Positions 9,561-20,200 of a stretch of DNA of 64,000 bases are shown here, one piece after another. Under the pieces are notes generated by a model, which saw nothing but the letters and a program-made list of their open reading frames with translations, was not told where the DNA came from and did no database searches. Within the stretch, counting starts at the first letter, position 1, and each line of letters begins with the position of its first letter. The DNA lies in NCBI GenBank assembly GCA_963976765.1, contig CAXBME010000005.1, positions 186,001 through 250,000 on the forward strand, read 5' to 3'. This DNA comes from an uncultured Planctomycetaceae bacterium (GTDB lineage Bacteria > Planctomycetota > Planctomycetia > Planctomycetales > Planctomycetaceae). Made by a program: the position numbers and the translations under genes.

Positions 9561-9941
9561 TCAGACCGAGTGCGGCGAGACGCCCAGATCGACAATGCTG
9601 CACGCTTCGATGATTTCGATGCCGAGCTGCTCGGCGCGGGCGCGAACGTCTTCGTCCGCGCTGCCCGGGTTGAGCCAGACTTCGGACGGCGCGATCTCGT
9701 AAATCTCGTCGAGAAGTTTCAGCGTAAGGTCTGGTGGAAGATAGACGGTGACTCGGTCCAGCTTTTCGACCGGCACATCAGTCAGTGATTCGAAGGCCGG
9801 CAAACCTTCAACTTCATCCGCGTTCAGATTTACGGGGAAGACTTCGTAGCCCTGCTGCAAATGGGCTCGCACAGAAATGTTTCCGAACTTGCTGCGGTTG
9901 CGGCTTGCTCCGACGACAGCAACGGTGGGGCGATTTGTCAC
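9561..9941 (-). CDS. CoA-binding domain protein (YccU-like)
   Basis: VAVVGAS...KFGN...FPVN, VWLNPG, IEACSIV. Confidence 0.9.
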   Translation of the reverse strand: MTNRPTVAVVGASRNRSKFGNISVRAHLQQGYEVFPVNLNADEVEGLPAFESLTDVPVEKLDRVTVYLPPDLTLKLLDEIYEIAPSEVWLNPGSADEDVRARAEQLGIEIIEACSIVDLGVSPHSV

Positions 9942-10468
9942 AAGGTTGACTCCGTTTCGGATGACATCTCTTTTGAAAGCAGCTCAAGCAACGCGTCGAG
10001 CGCCTGAGGGATAACTTTCGCCTCGCCGAGAATCGGCATGAAGTTAGTGTCGCCGTTCCAGCGAGGGACGATGTGCCAGTGAAGATGTCCCGGCAGTCCA
10101 GCTCCGGCGACACGACCAAGATTAAGACCGACGTTGAAGCCGTCCGGCGAGATCGTCTTTTCCAGCAGGCCAATCATCTTCTGCAACAGGTGGTTGGTTT
10201 CGAGCAGCTCGGCATCGTTGAGGTCACGCAGGTCGGCTTTGTGTGCTCTCGGAGCGATCAGCAGGTGACCGTTGTTGTACGGAAACCGGTTGAGCACAAC
10301 GATCGAATGTTCGCCGCGCATGACGACGAGGTTTTTCGAATCGTTGACGGTATCGTCGTCGCGGTAGCGGCAAAGGAAGCACCCTGATTTTTCTGGAGCC
10401 GTTTCTGGCGGATCTGAATTCTGAACGTAAGCCAGCCGCCAGGGAGCCCAGAGTTGCTGATGAGTCAC
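9938..10468 (-). CDS. HIT-family nucleotide hydrolase/Ap4A phosphorylase
   Basis: LWAPWR, CFLC, NRFPYNNGH, HLHWHIVPRW. Confidence 0.92.
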   Translation of the reverse strand: MTHQQLWAPWRLAYVQNSDPPETAPEKSGCFLCRYRDDDTVNDSKNLVVMRGEHSIVVLNRFPYNNGHLLIAPRAHKADLRDLNDAELLETNHLLQKMIGLLEKTISPDGFNVGLNLGRVAGAGLPGHLHWHIVPRWNGDTNFMPILGEAKVIPQALDALLELLSKEMSSETESTL

Positions 10469-10563
10469 GATGTGCTCCTGACGGTGGTTGGCTGAGTAAG
10501 TGGGTAGGAGATTCGATATTCTGAGGCTGTTGACCTCGCAACCGCCGTAGCCGTCAACACAGC

Positions 10564-11028
10564 TTACGGAATCAGAATCAGGTCGCCAGGTTTGAGGACC
10601 GGGTTGTTATCGAAGACGTTTGCCGCTTTGAGATCTTCGATCGCCACTCCGTACTTTTTGGCGATGCTCGAAAGCGACTCGCCCTGCTGAACGTCATGGT
10701 AAAGGTATGTTGATTTTGGTGTTGGCACGGTGAGTACCTGCTCGGCGGAAGCGTTCGGGACTTCGTTCAAGCTGCCGACCGATCCCCCTTGAAATGTCGA
10801 CGGCGGCAGTCCACCGGGGACTGAACCAGACGGAACCTGCAGCGGTGCCGGATTTCCAGGAACCACTGTCGGCTGCTGAAACTGCGCTGGTGGCAGCCCC
10901 TGGCCGGGCGGGTAAGTCGGTGGCGGAGCCCCGTACCACATCGGGCCACAACCAGAAATCACAATTGAGAGTAACAGCAACAGTATGTGTCGCAGAGAAG
11001 CACTCTTTTTCGATCGTAGATTTCTCAT
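10564..11028 (-). CDS. LysM-domain lipoprotein with Pro/Gly/Gln-rich linker
   Basis: RBS AAAGGAG before ATG 11028; lipobox ISGC; C-terminal HDVQQGESLSSIAKKYGV...LKPGDLILIP. Confidence 0.88.
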   Translation of the reverse strand: MRNLRSKKSASLRHILLLLLSIVISGCGPMWYGAPPPTYPPGQGLPPAQFQQPTVVPGNPAPLQVPSGSVPGGLPPSTFQGGSVGSLNEVPNASAEQVLTVPTPKSTYLYHDVQQGESLSSIAKKYGVAIEDLKAANVFDNNPVLKPGDLILIP

Positions 11029-11112
11029 GGTCACTCCTTTGGTCGTTTCAAGCCTGCGTCCCGCAGTCATGTTCTGATGCATTGCTCGCTGATTCCGTCG
11101 CCAATGACCGTG

Positions 11113-11478
11113 TCAGGATTTCAGGTCGATGGGCAGTTCGTCAATTTTGGCAGCACAGATGAAATCGTTTTCAGACAAGCCACCAATGGCATGCGTCCAG
11201 AGTTCGATCGTCACGTTGCGATACTGAACCAGGTGAAGGTCCGGGTGATGGCCCTCGGTCTCGGAGACTTCCGCCACTTTCTCGAAGAAGCTCATTGCCG
11301 CCAGAAAGTTAGTGACGACCCACGACTTGCGAATTCGCTGATTGTCGTGAGTCAGCTCCCAGCCGGAGAGATGCTTGATCTGCTCAGCGGCTTCCTCGGC
11401 TGAGAATCTTGGCACGCCGCCTTCGCAAGGCACGCACTTTTTATTCGTGAGCTGTTTGCAGGAGAGGATCTCCATCAT
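11113..11478 (-). CDS. phhB: Pterin-4-alpha-carbinolamine dehydratase
   Basis: CVPCEGG, EGHHPDL, WTHAIGGLSENDFICAAKID. Confidence 0.9.
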   Translation of the reverse strand: MMEILSCKQLTNKKCVPCEGGVPRFSAEEAAEQIKHLSGWELTHDNQRIRKSWVVTNFLAAMSFFEKVAEVSETEGHHPDLHLVQYRNVTIELWTHAIGGLSENDFICAAKIDELPIDLKS

Positions 11479-11581
11479 GAATGTCCCGCTTGTTCTGTTG
11501 GATGAGTTTGGTATCAAGCCTGGTCGTTTTGTCCGATGCTTCGATGCAAATTTTCAACTTGTGAGGGGGCGTAATTATTTG

Positions 11582-11648
11582 CCACAGACAGACACAGATG
11601 TCATGGATGCTTCAGAAACCATCCGTAGCTCATCCGTGTGAGCCGTGG
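11582..11648. repeat. Degenerate palindrome (family B)
   Basis: CCACAGACAGACACAGATGTCATGGATG ... CATCCGTAGCTCATCCGTGTGAGCCGTGG. Confidence 0.55.
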
Positions 11649-11684
11649 TTTGGTTTTGCCTCGTGCACGAATTGTTTTTATGGA

Positions 11685-12473
11685 TTATTGCGGTGGGACT
11701 CCGAGTGATTTTCCGCCGTCGATGGCGATCAGCGTACCGGTGACCATAATCGCTGCATCGCTGACCAGGTACAACACCGCCTGAGCGACTTCGTCGACCT
11801 CGATCATCCGACCGTGAGCCTGCGCGGCGGGGCTGGCGGCGATCAGTTTCTGAATCGTCGCGTCGCGGTCTTCGGACATTTCGATTTCCGATTCGATCAT
11901 CCGAGTCCCGCCGACCGGACCTGGACAGACTCCGTTAATTCGAATTCGGTCCTTTGAGTGACACAGCGCCAGCGACTTCGTCAGTCCGGACAACGCCAGC
12001 TTGCTGATCGAGTAAACCGGGTCGTGGGCACGCGGCAGGATACCGGCGTTACTCGACACATTGACAATGCTGCCGCCCATTCCGTCGCCAGTCATGTGCC
12101 GGATCGCGTGCTTGCACCCGAAGAATGCAGCTTTGAGGTTGGTGCCGATGCAGGCGTCCCAGTCCTCTTCGGAAACGTCGTCGATCTGCTTCACCATGCC
12201 GATTCCCGCGTTGTTGACAAGGATGTCGATTCGTCCCGTCAGCGTCGCGGCGCGATCCATCAGCTTTTTCAGCTCGCGTTCAGACCGAACGTCGCAGACC
12301 TGCTGCTCAATTCCGAGGGCCTGAAACGGCTCGTCATTCTCGCTGAGCAGCGAATAGTCGGCGACGAAGACTCTGGCGCCAGCTTCGGCAAGAGCCGCCG
12401 CCGATGCTCGACCGATGCCACTGGAACCTCCAGTCACAACGGCGACTCGGTTGGTGAGGTCGGTAGCGTTCAT
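11685..12473 (-). CDS. SDR-family NAD(P)-dependent oxidoreductase
   Basis: TGGSSGIG, LVNNAG, YSISK. Confidence 0.95.
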   Translation of the reverse strand: MNATDLTNRVAVVTGGSSGIGRASAAALAEAGARVFVADYSLLSENDEPFQALGIEQQVCDVRSERELKKLMDRAATLTGRIDILVNNAGIGMVKQIDDVSEEDWDACIGTNLKAAFFGCKHAIRHMTGDGMGGSIVNVSSNAGILPRAHDPVYSISKLALSGLTKSLALCHSKDRIRINGVCPGPVGGTRMIESEIEMSEDRDATIQKLIAASPAAQAHGRMIEVDEVAQAVLYLVSDAAIMVTGTLIAIDGGKSLGVPPQ

Positions 12474-12569
12474 TTTTGACCCGGTTTCTAAAAATGGACA
12501 GCGTCGGACATTCGTGCCCGTGGGAAAATTCCCCAGGATGGGTGCGGCTGTAACGTGTTGACTGTCAGT

Positions 12570-12610
12570 GGTTTATGGCTGGGTTTATGGCTGGGTTTAT
12601 GGCTGGGTTT
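12570..12610. repeat. Tandem repeat (GGTTTATGGCTG) x3.4
   Basis: Three exact 12-bp units plus GGTTT in the divergent intergenic region. Confidence 0.95.
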
Positions 12611-12829
12611 CGCGGGCGTTCGGCAGACGTCTCAGGAATCTTCCCGTTTTGTTCCGAACTATTCCAGACCGCTCCCGGTAAAACCTGTGACCGACGAGAG
12701 ATGCTGGTCAAACACGTTCCCTACTTGTGGTTCCATCCGGGATGAGCGTTTCGTAGACTCATGACTTGTGTTTCGCGACCCTCACGCCGACTTTGCGGTA
12801 ACTCCTTTTCCTCTTAGAAGGGCATCACG

Positions 12830-14149
<1,320 letters not shown>

Positions 14150-14176
14150 TTTCACTGGAGTCGAAGTAATGAAGAC

Positions 14177-14207
14177 ACGCGGGAGCCCCTGGTGGCTCCC
14201 GCGTTTC
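14177..14207 (+). terminator. Intrinsic terminator-like hairpin after DUF1501
   Basis: ACGCGGGAGCC-loop-GGCTCCCGCGT followed by TTC. Confidence 0.6.
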
Positions 14208-14231
14208 ATATACGGTGAGAGAGTGCGTCGG

Positions 14232-14813
14232 ATGCGGACGTCTCTCGTGGTTTGGAAATCGGGTGTGGCGTCATCTCCGGACATCCAGTTACCACTCGCT
14301 CCGAGTGAAGAGTTTGTCCAACTTTTCAGTCGGATACAGCGGCGGCTCTATCTGCACATTCTGAAGCAGGTTGGTTCGCCGAACGATGCCGAAGAGATTC
14401 TCCAGGAGACCAACGTGGTGATCTGGAACAAGTTCCATCGGTTTGAGCTGGGGACCAACTTTGTTGCGTGGTCATTTCAGATCGCCAACTTCGAAGTGCT
14501 CAAGTATCGCGACAGGAAGCGGTCAAACAAACTCGTCTTTTCCGGTGACATCCTGGAAGTTATCGCGCAGGAATCTGAAGAGCAGGAAGACGACCTCGAT
14601 CTACGGCGAGCCGCTTTGCAGGAGTGTCTGCAGAGCCTGCGGACTGCGGATCGAGAGTTAATCCAGCAGCGATACCAGCCCGGTAATACGGGAGAAGGCG
14701 TGGCTCGTCAGCTCGATCGGCCGATCAACTCGGTTTATCAGTCGATCGGGCGAATTCGAAAAACTCTGTTTGAGTGCATTAACCGGCGGCTCGCCGCAGG
14801 ATCGCCTCGATGA
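14232..14813 (+). CDS. ECF sigma-70 factor
   Basis: DAEEILQETNVVIW...NFVAW (region 2); LQECLQSL...RYQ...VYQSIGRIRKTL (region 4); start ATG 14232 or GTG 14265. Confidence 0.92.
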   Translation: MRTSLVVWKSGVASSPDIQLPLAPSEEFVQLFSRIQRRLYLHILKQVGSPNDAEEILQETNVVIWNKFHRFELGTNFVAWSFQIANFEVLKYRDRKRSNKLVFSGDILEVIAQESEEQEDDLDLRRAALQECLQSLRTADRELIQQRYQPGNTGEGVARQLDRPINSVYQSIGRIRKTLFECINRRLAAGSPR

Positions 14814-16996
14814 CTAATCCTCTTCAACAATCTGAACTCTCGAGCTTTATCGAGTTGCTGGAGTTACAGCTCGAAGGACGTATTACGTGCGAGCAGTTCG
14901 CCGAACTTGAAGAGACGATTCGCTCCAGTCGCGAGGCTCGGAAGTTTTATCTTCGGTATGTCGATCTTCACGGAGCGCTTCAGTGGGATCTCGCACTTGA
15001 CACGGATGCTGACCGATCCGTAGTCGAACGTCCGCAGCAAGCTGACGTTCGACTGACGCCTGTCGCGCTGGTTGCTGCTGAGCCAGCAGCCCAGCCTCGA
15101 TCGGCTCGCTGGGTAGCGGTGGCAGCATCGATTTGCTGTCTGGTTCTTGTCTTCGCCGTATCAGGACTGGTTAATTCTCCAGGGCAGCCGGCAGGAACAG
15201 CGATCGGCAATTTACCGCCAGTGGACAACTCGCCGCTGACAACAGTAGACGGCGGCTCGCCGAATTTGATAGTGAGTGAGGATTCAGTTTCTCGCGGAAT
15301 GAAACCCGCGAAGTTGCCGAGCGTGGGCAGGCAGCCGGTTAAGAATGATCTGCCGGGCTCTTTCATAGCACCGGCCAGCGTTGCGACGAATACTCAGCCT
15401 TCTGGAACAGATGCGACGCCGTTGTCGAACAAGGTGGAGGAAAATGGTTCGTCGGAAACTGTCGTTGCGAAGATCGATCGCCTGATCCGAGCGGGCTGGG
15501 CAGACAATGAAGTTACGCCGTCAGAACGGGCAAACGATTCCGAGTGGCTTCGGCGAATTTATCTCGACACGGTCGGGCACATTCCGCCTGCGGAAGATGT
15601 GCGAGCATTTCTGGCGGATAAGCGAATTGACAAGCGGTCAATCGTCGTCGACCGCTTGCTGGATGACGAAGACTACATTCTAAACTGGACAACGGTGTGG
15701 ACGAATCTTCTGATTGGGAGATCGAATCCGCGGGAAGTGAATCGTCCCGCATTGCAGAAGTTTCTTCGTGAGAGCTTTGCAGACAACCGCGGCTGGGACG
15801 ATATCGTCACTGACTTTATCGCCGCCGAAGGAAGTCACGACGAAAATGGAGCGACCAACTTCCTGCTTGCTCATGTGAATAATCAGGCCGTCCCGGCAAC
15901 GGCCATTACGGGGCAGGTGTTTCTGGGGCTGCAGCTTCAATGTGCACAGTGTCACAATCACCCGTTCAACAATCAGAAACAGGATGAATTCTGGGCGTTC
16001 AACAGTTTTTTCAAGCAGATCAAGGTTCAGGATCAACCGGCTTCGACCAATCCGCGAGTAAGAAAAGTCGCACTCGTCAACACTCGAGAAGGCGGTGCGA
16101 CTTTTTACGAAACTCGACAGGGCGTTATGAAGGCTGTGTTTCCGAGTTTCGAGGGACGCAGCATCGATGCCAGCGATTACGTGGATCGTCGAGCGGAACT
16201 GGCGAAGCTGATGACTGATGGAGAGTCGCCGCAGATCGCGCGAGCATTCGTCAATCGAATGTGGCAGCATTTTTTGGGAGCGGCGTTTACTCCTCAGGTG
16301 GATGACATGGGCCCGCACGTGGCGGTCAGTCATCCAGAGTTGCTGGACGAGTTGACCCGGCAGTTCGTTCGCAGCGGCTACGATACCAAACAGCTCGTCC
16401 GGTGGATCTGCAATTCGGAAGCTTACAGCCTGACGAGCCGGTTTAATTCTGACGAAACCAACGTCGGCGACGATCCAGCATTGGGCAACGAGCCGCTTTT
16501 CAGCCGTGTTTATGTCAAGCAGATGACGGTCGAGCAGTTATTCGATTCGTTACTGGTCGCAACGCAGGCTCAGGAAGTCTTCGGTTCCACCTGGGAAGCT
16601 GTCGCAGAACGACGACAACAGTGGCTTCAGCAGTTTGTGATGGCCTGGAACACGGACGAGAACGACGAAGCCGACCTTTTTGACGGAACGATTCCACAGG
16701 CGTTGATGATGATGAACGGCGAACTGATTGATCTCGCGCTGGCGTCTGATCGCGGAACCTTACTCAGTAAAGTTGCTCGTTCTTCCGCTTCAGAGAAAGA
16801 GAAAATCGACACGATTGCTCTGGCTGCTTTGTCCCGCCTGCCAAGCCGCCAGGAGACTGCTGCTGTTCGCAAGCTGATCCGTGACTCCGTTTCGTCGAGC
16901 GCCCGCCCAGCTGATCAGCAACTGGCGATGCGGTCGGGCTTGCAGGATCTGTTCTGGGCCTGCCTGAATTCCAACGAGTTCATTCTTATTCATTGA
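14810..16996 (+). CDS. Anti-sigma-like N-terminus plus TM fused to DUF1549/DUF1553 (PSD1-type) domains
   Basis: ATGA-coupled to the sigma gene; helical N-domain, TM ~aa100-120, WLRRIYLDTVGHIP, CAQCHNHP, AFVNRMWQHFLG, SHPELLDEL, LNSNEFILIH. Confidence 0.88.
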   Translation: MTNPLQQSELSSFIELLELQLEGRITCEQFAELEETIRSSREARKFYLRYVDLHGALQWDLALDTDADRSVVERPQQADVRLTPVALVAAEPAAQPRSARWVAVAASICCLVLVFAVSGLVNSPGQPAGTAIGNLPPVDNSPLTTVDGGSPNLIVSEDSVSRGMKPAKLPSVGRQPVKNDLPGSFIAPASVATNTQPSGTDATPLSNKVEENGSSETVVAKIDRLIRAGWADNEVTPSERANDSEWLRRIYLDTVGHIPPAEDVRAFLADKRIDKRSIVVDRLLDDEDYILNWTTVWTNLLIGRSNPREVNRPALQKFLRESFADNRGWDDIVTDFIAAEGSHDENGATNFLLAHVNNQAVPATAITGQVFLGLQLQCAQCHNHPFNNQKQDEFWAFNSFFKQIKVQDQPASTNPRVRKVALVNTREGGATFYETRQGVMKAVFPSFEGRSIDASDYVDRRAELAKLMTDGESPQIARAFVNRMWQHFLGAAFTPQVDDMGPHVAVSHPELLDELTRQFVRSGYDTKQLVRWICNSEAYSLTSRFNSDETNVGDDPALGNEPLFSRVYVKQMTVEQLFDSLLVATQAQEVFGSTWEAVAERRQQWLQQFVMAWNTDENDEADLFDGTIPQALMMMNGELIDLALASDRGTLLSKVARSSASEKEKIDTIALAALSRLPSRQETAAVRKLIRDSVSSSARPADQQLAMRSGLQDLFWACLNSNEFILIH

Positions 16997-17296
16997 TTCG
17001 TTGTGCCACCCGCGTCAGGCTCTGCCCGGCGAATGTCAGGGCGCCGATGCCGGTCTCAATCGGTCAGGCTCTGGCCGAATTCGACGTGTCCTGGATTCTC
17101 TGCTAAGAACCGCCCGCGTTCATTCGTCGTGATTGCTGACGAATCTGCCCGTTTTGCCCGATGCAGTCCGGTTTTCCGGAATGTCTGTCAGGCAACAACG
17201 CTCTCACTAATCGATGAAGTTAGTCGTATTCCGGTCGAAAACTTTCTCTCCGCAAGCACTACCACCAGGGCTGTGGTGCATGTCAGGAACTGAACC

Positions 17297-20200
17297 ATGC
17301 GAATTCCAGGTTGGCGACACACTCGGTCGATTCTCTGTTCACTGAGCCTCGTACTGACGGGCGTTTTGCTGATGTCGTCTTTTATGAACGCGGCTGATGA
17401 CATCGATTATGAAGCTCTGCGGAGAAGTACGACATCCGAAATGCAGAAGGGCAATTTCAAAGTTGCCTATGAAAGCTTTCGCAAACTCACGCTTGACCCG
17501 GATAACGAACCTTTAAGGGTTGGGCACGACCTCTACCAGGCAGTGAATTGTCTTAACAGGCTGGGGCGTACTCAGGAGTTTGACGAACTGATTGAAGCGG
17601 CGATCAAAGTCCATTCCGGTAACTGGAGAGTTCTGCGGTCGGCGTCTCAGAGCTACAGATCGATCAACCACACGGGCGTCATCGTCGGTGGAGAGTTCCA
17701 GCGAGGTCACAATCGAGGGGGTGGGAGATACGCTAACGCTTACGAGCGGGATCGTGTCAGATCGCTGCAACTATTGGATCAGGCTCGAAAACTGGCAGCC
17801 GACGAGTCTGCCAATGAACGAGGGCAGTTGTTGCATGAGTATGCTTCGGCAATTCAGTCCGGCCTCGGTTCATTGAATTCGTGGCGACTGCAGATTCTGA
17901 CAGACCTCTCAACGCTGCCTGATCTCGACGAAAACTACTGGCAGGGTTACCGAAACGAAGGAGCGCCAGTCGGCGCGGACGGTAATCCCGTCCTGCATCG
18001 GATCCCGCTGACGTTCGAAGCGGCAGGTTCTGACGGCGAACGCTGGCGCTGGTTGCTGGCTGAGGTCGAGCGGCTACAGCCAACTCGCCGCGCTGAGATG
18101 CTCAGTCTGTATTCGAACTTTCTTTACAACCAGTTTGGCGTGCAGACGATGGCTCAGTTTCGATGGATGCGAAACGGTTTTCAGCCGGATGAGGAACAGG
18201 ATGAATCCGGGACGTTCGCGCTTCACACGTTGTCGGACGACGAGACAATTGCCCGGCTGGCCACTGGAGTGCGACGGTTCAAGTTGCCGAAGGATCACAA
18301 TTTCATCGAGTTGAACAAAGAAATCAGCGCGATGGCAAAGACGGGTCCAGGGGAAAATGCTCGTGATCAACTCGCCAGAATCTACGAGAACCGCCGACAG
18401 TACACGAAGGCCGCAGAAGCCTGGCGGACGGCAATTCGAGATTGCGGACCTGGACGAAACAATTCGAGAGAAAAATCACTCGCTCAGATCGTTGACGTTT
18501 GGGGACGATTCGAGCCATCGCAGATCCAGCCGTCAGGACGCGGAGCCGTTGTCGATTTTCGATTTCGAAATGGAACGTCGGTCGAGTTTGAAGCGTTTCC
18601 GATCAAGATTGAGGATCTGCTGCAGGATGTGAAGGTTCATCTCAAGAGTAATCCGCAGCGGCTCGACGGAAACAAACTCAACATCCAGAATATCGGCCAT
18701 CGAATCGTTTCGCAGAGCGAAACGAAATACGTTGGCCAGCGAGTGGCCAACTGGACTGTCGCGCTGAAGCCTCGGCCGAATCACGTCGATGATCGAATCA
18801 CCGTCACGACGCCGCTTCAGCAGCCGGGTGCGTACCTGCTCAAGGCAAAGATGAATGACGGAAACGTCAGTCAGATCATTATCTGGGTCGACGACACCGT
18901 GATCGTCCGCAAGCCGCTTGACAACAAATTATTCTACTACGTTGCGGATGCAACGACGGGTGAACCGGTGGCGAAAGCCAACGTCGAATTCTTCGGCTGG
19001 CAGTCGCACTACGAACAGCAGGGGCGAAAGCACACTGTCATTACTCGGAATTTTGCTGAGTTTTCAGACGTCGACGGGCAGCTGTCGATCGACGCTCAGA
19101 ATGATAAGCAGAACTTCCAGTGGCTGATTACGGCCCGTTCGAACGAGGGGCGACTTGCGTTTCTAGGATTCGATCGTGTCTGGTTCTCAGGACGCTATGA
19201 CGAGGAATACAGCCAGCGAAAAGTCTTCCTGATTACCGACCGACCAGTTTACAGGCCCGAGCAGAAAGTTCAGTTCAAGTTCTGGGTGCGGCATTCTCAG
19301 TATGACAAGGAAGACGTTTCACAGTTTGCCGGCCAGAGTTTTAATGTGGTCTGCGCGAATCCTCAGAGCGAACATGTCTTCACTCAGACGGTCAAGGCTG
19401 ACGAGTACGGGGGTTTGTCTGGCGAGTTCGAACTTGCCGACGAAGCCGGGCTCGGCGTCTATCAGCTCTACCTCGAAAACTATGGAGGAGGCTCGTTCCG
19501 GGTCGAGGAGTACAAGAAGCCGGAATTCGAAGTCACGATCGCGGCTCCGGAAGAGCCCGTGCAGCTCGGAGAAAAGATCACCGCCACGATCAATGCGAAG
19601 TACTACTTCGGTGCCCCCGTCACGAATGCTCGCGTGAAGTACAAAGTCCTGCGAACTTCGCACGACAGCCGCTGGTTGCCACCCGGTGAGTGGGACTGGT
19701 TCTATGGTCGAGGTTACTGGTGGTTTGGCTACGACTATGACTGGTATCCCGGTTGGAAGCATTGGGGCTGCCGGGCTCCGATTGCCTGGTGGTGGCCGCG
19801 AGCGAACGATCCGCCGGAGATCGTCGCCGAAGCGGAAGTTGACATCTCTGAAGACGGCACCGTCAAGGTGGAGATCGACACGGCACTCGCCAAAGAAATC
19901 CACAGCGACCAGGACCACCGTTACGAAATCACGGCGGAAGTTGTCGACGAGTCGCGTCGAACAATCGTCGGCAAGGGAGAAGTGCTGGTTGCTCGAAAAC
20001 CGTTTCAGGTCTTCGCGTGGGTCAACCGCGGGCATTATCGAACGGGCGATGATGTGCAGGCATCGTTCCAGGCTCACACGCTCGACCAGAAACCGGTACA
20101 GGGCAAAGGCGAGCTGACGCTTTACTCGATTGATTACAAAGACGGCGAGCCGAAAGAGAACGTTGTTGAACAATGGGCACTCGACACGAGTGAGCAGGGC

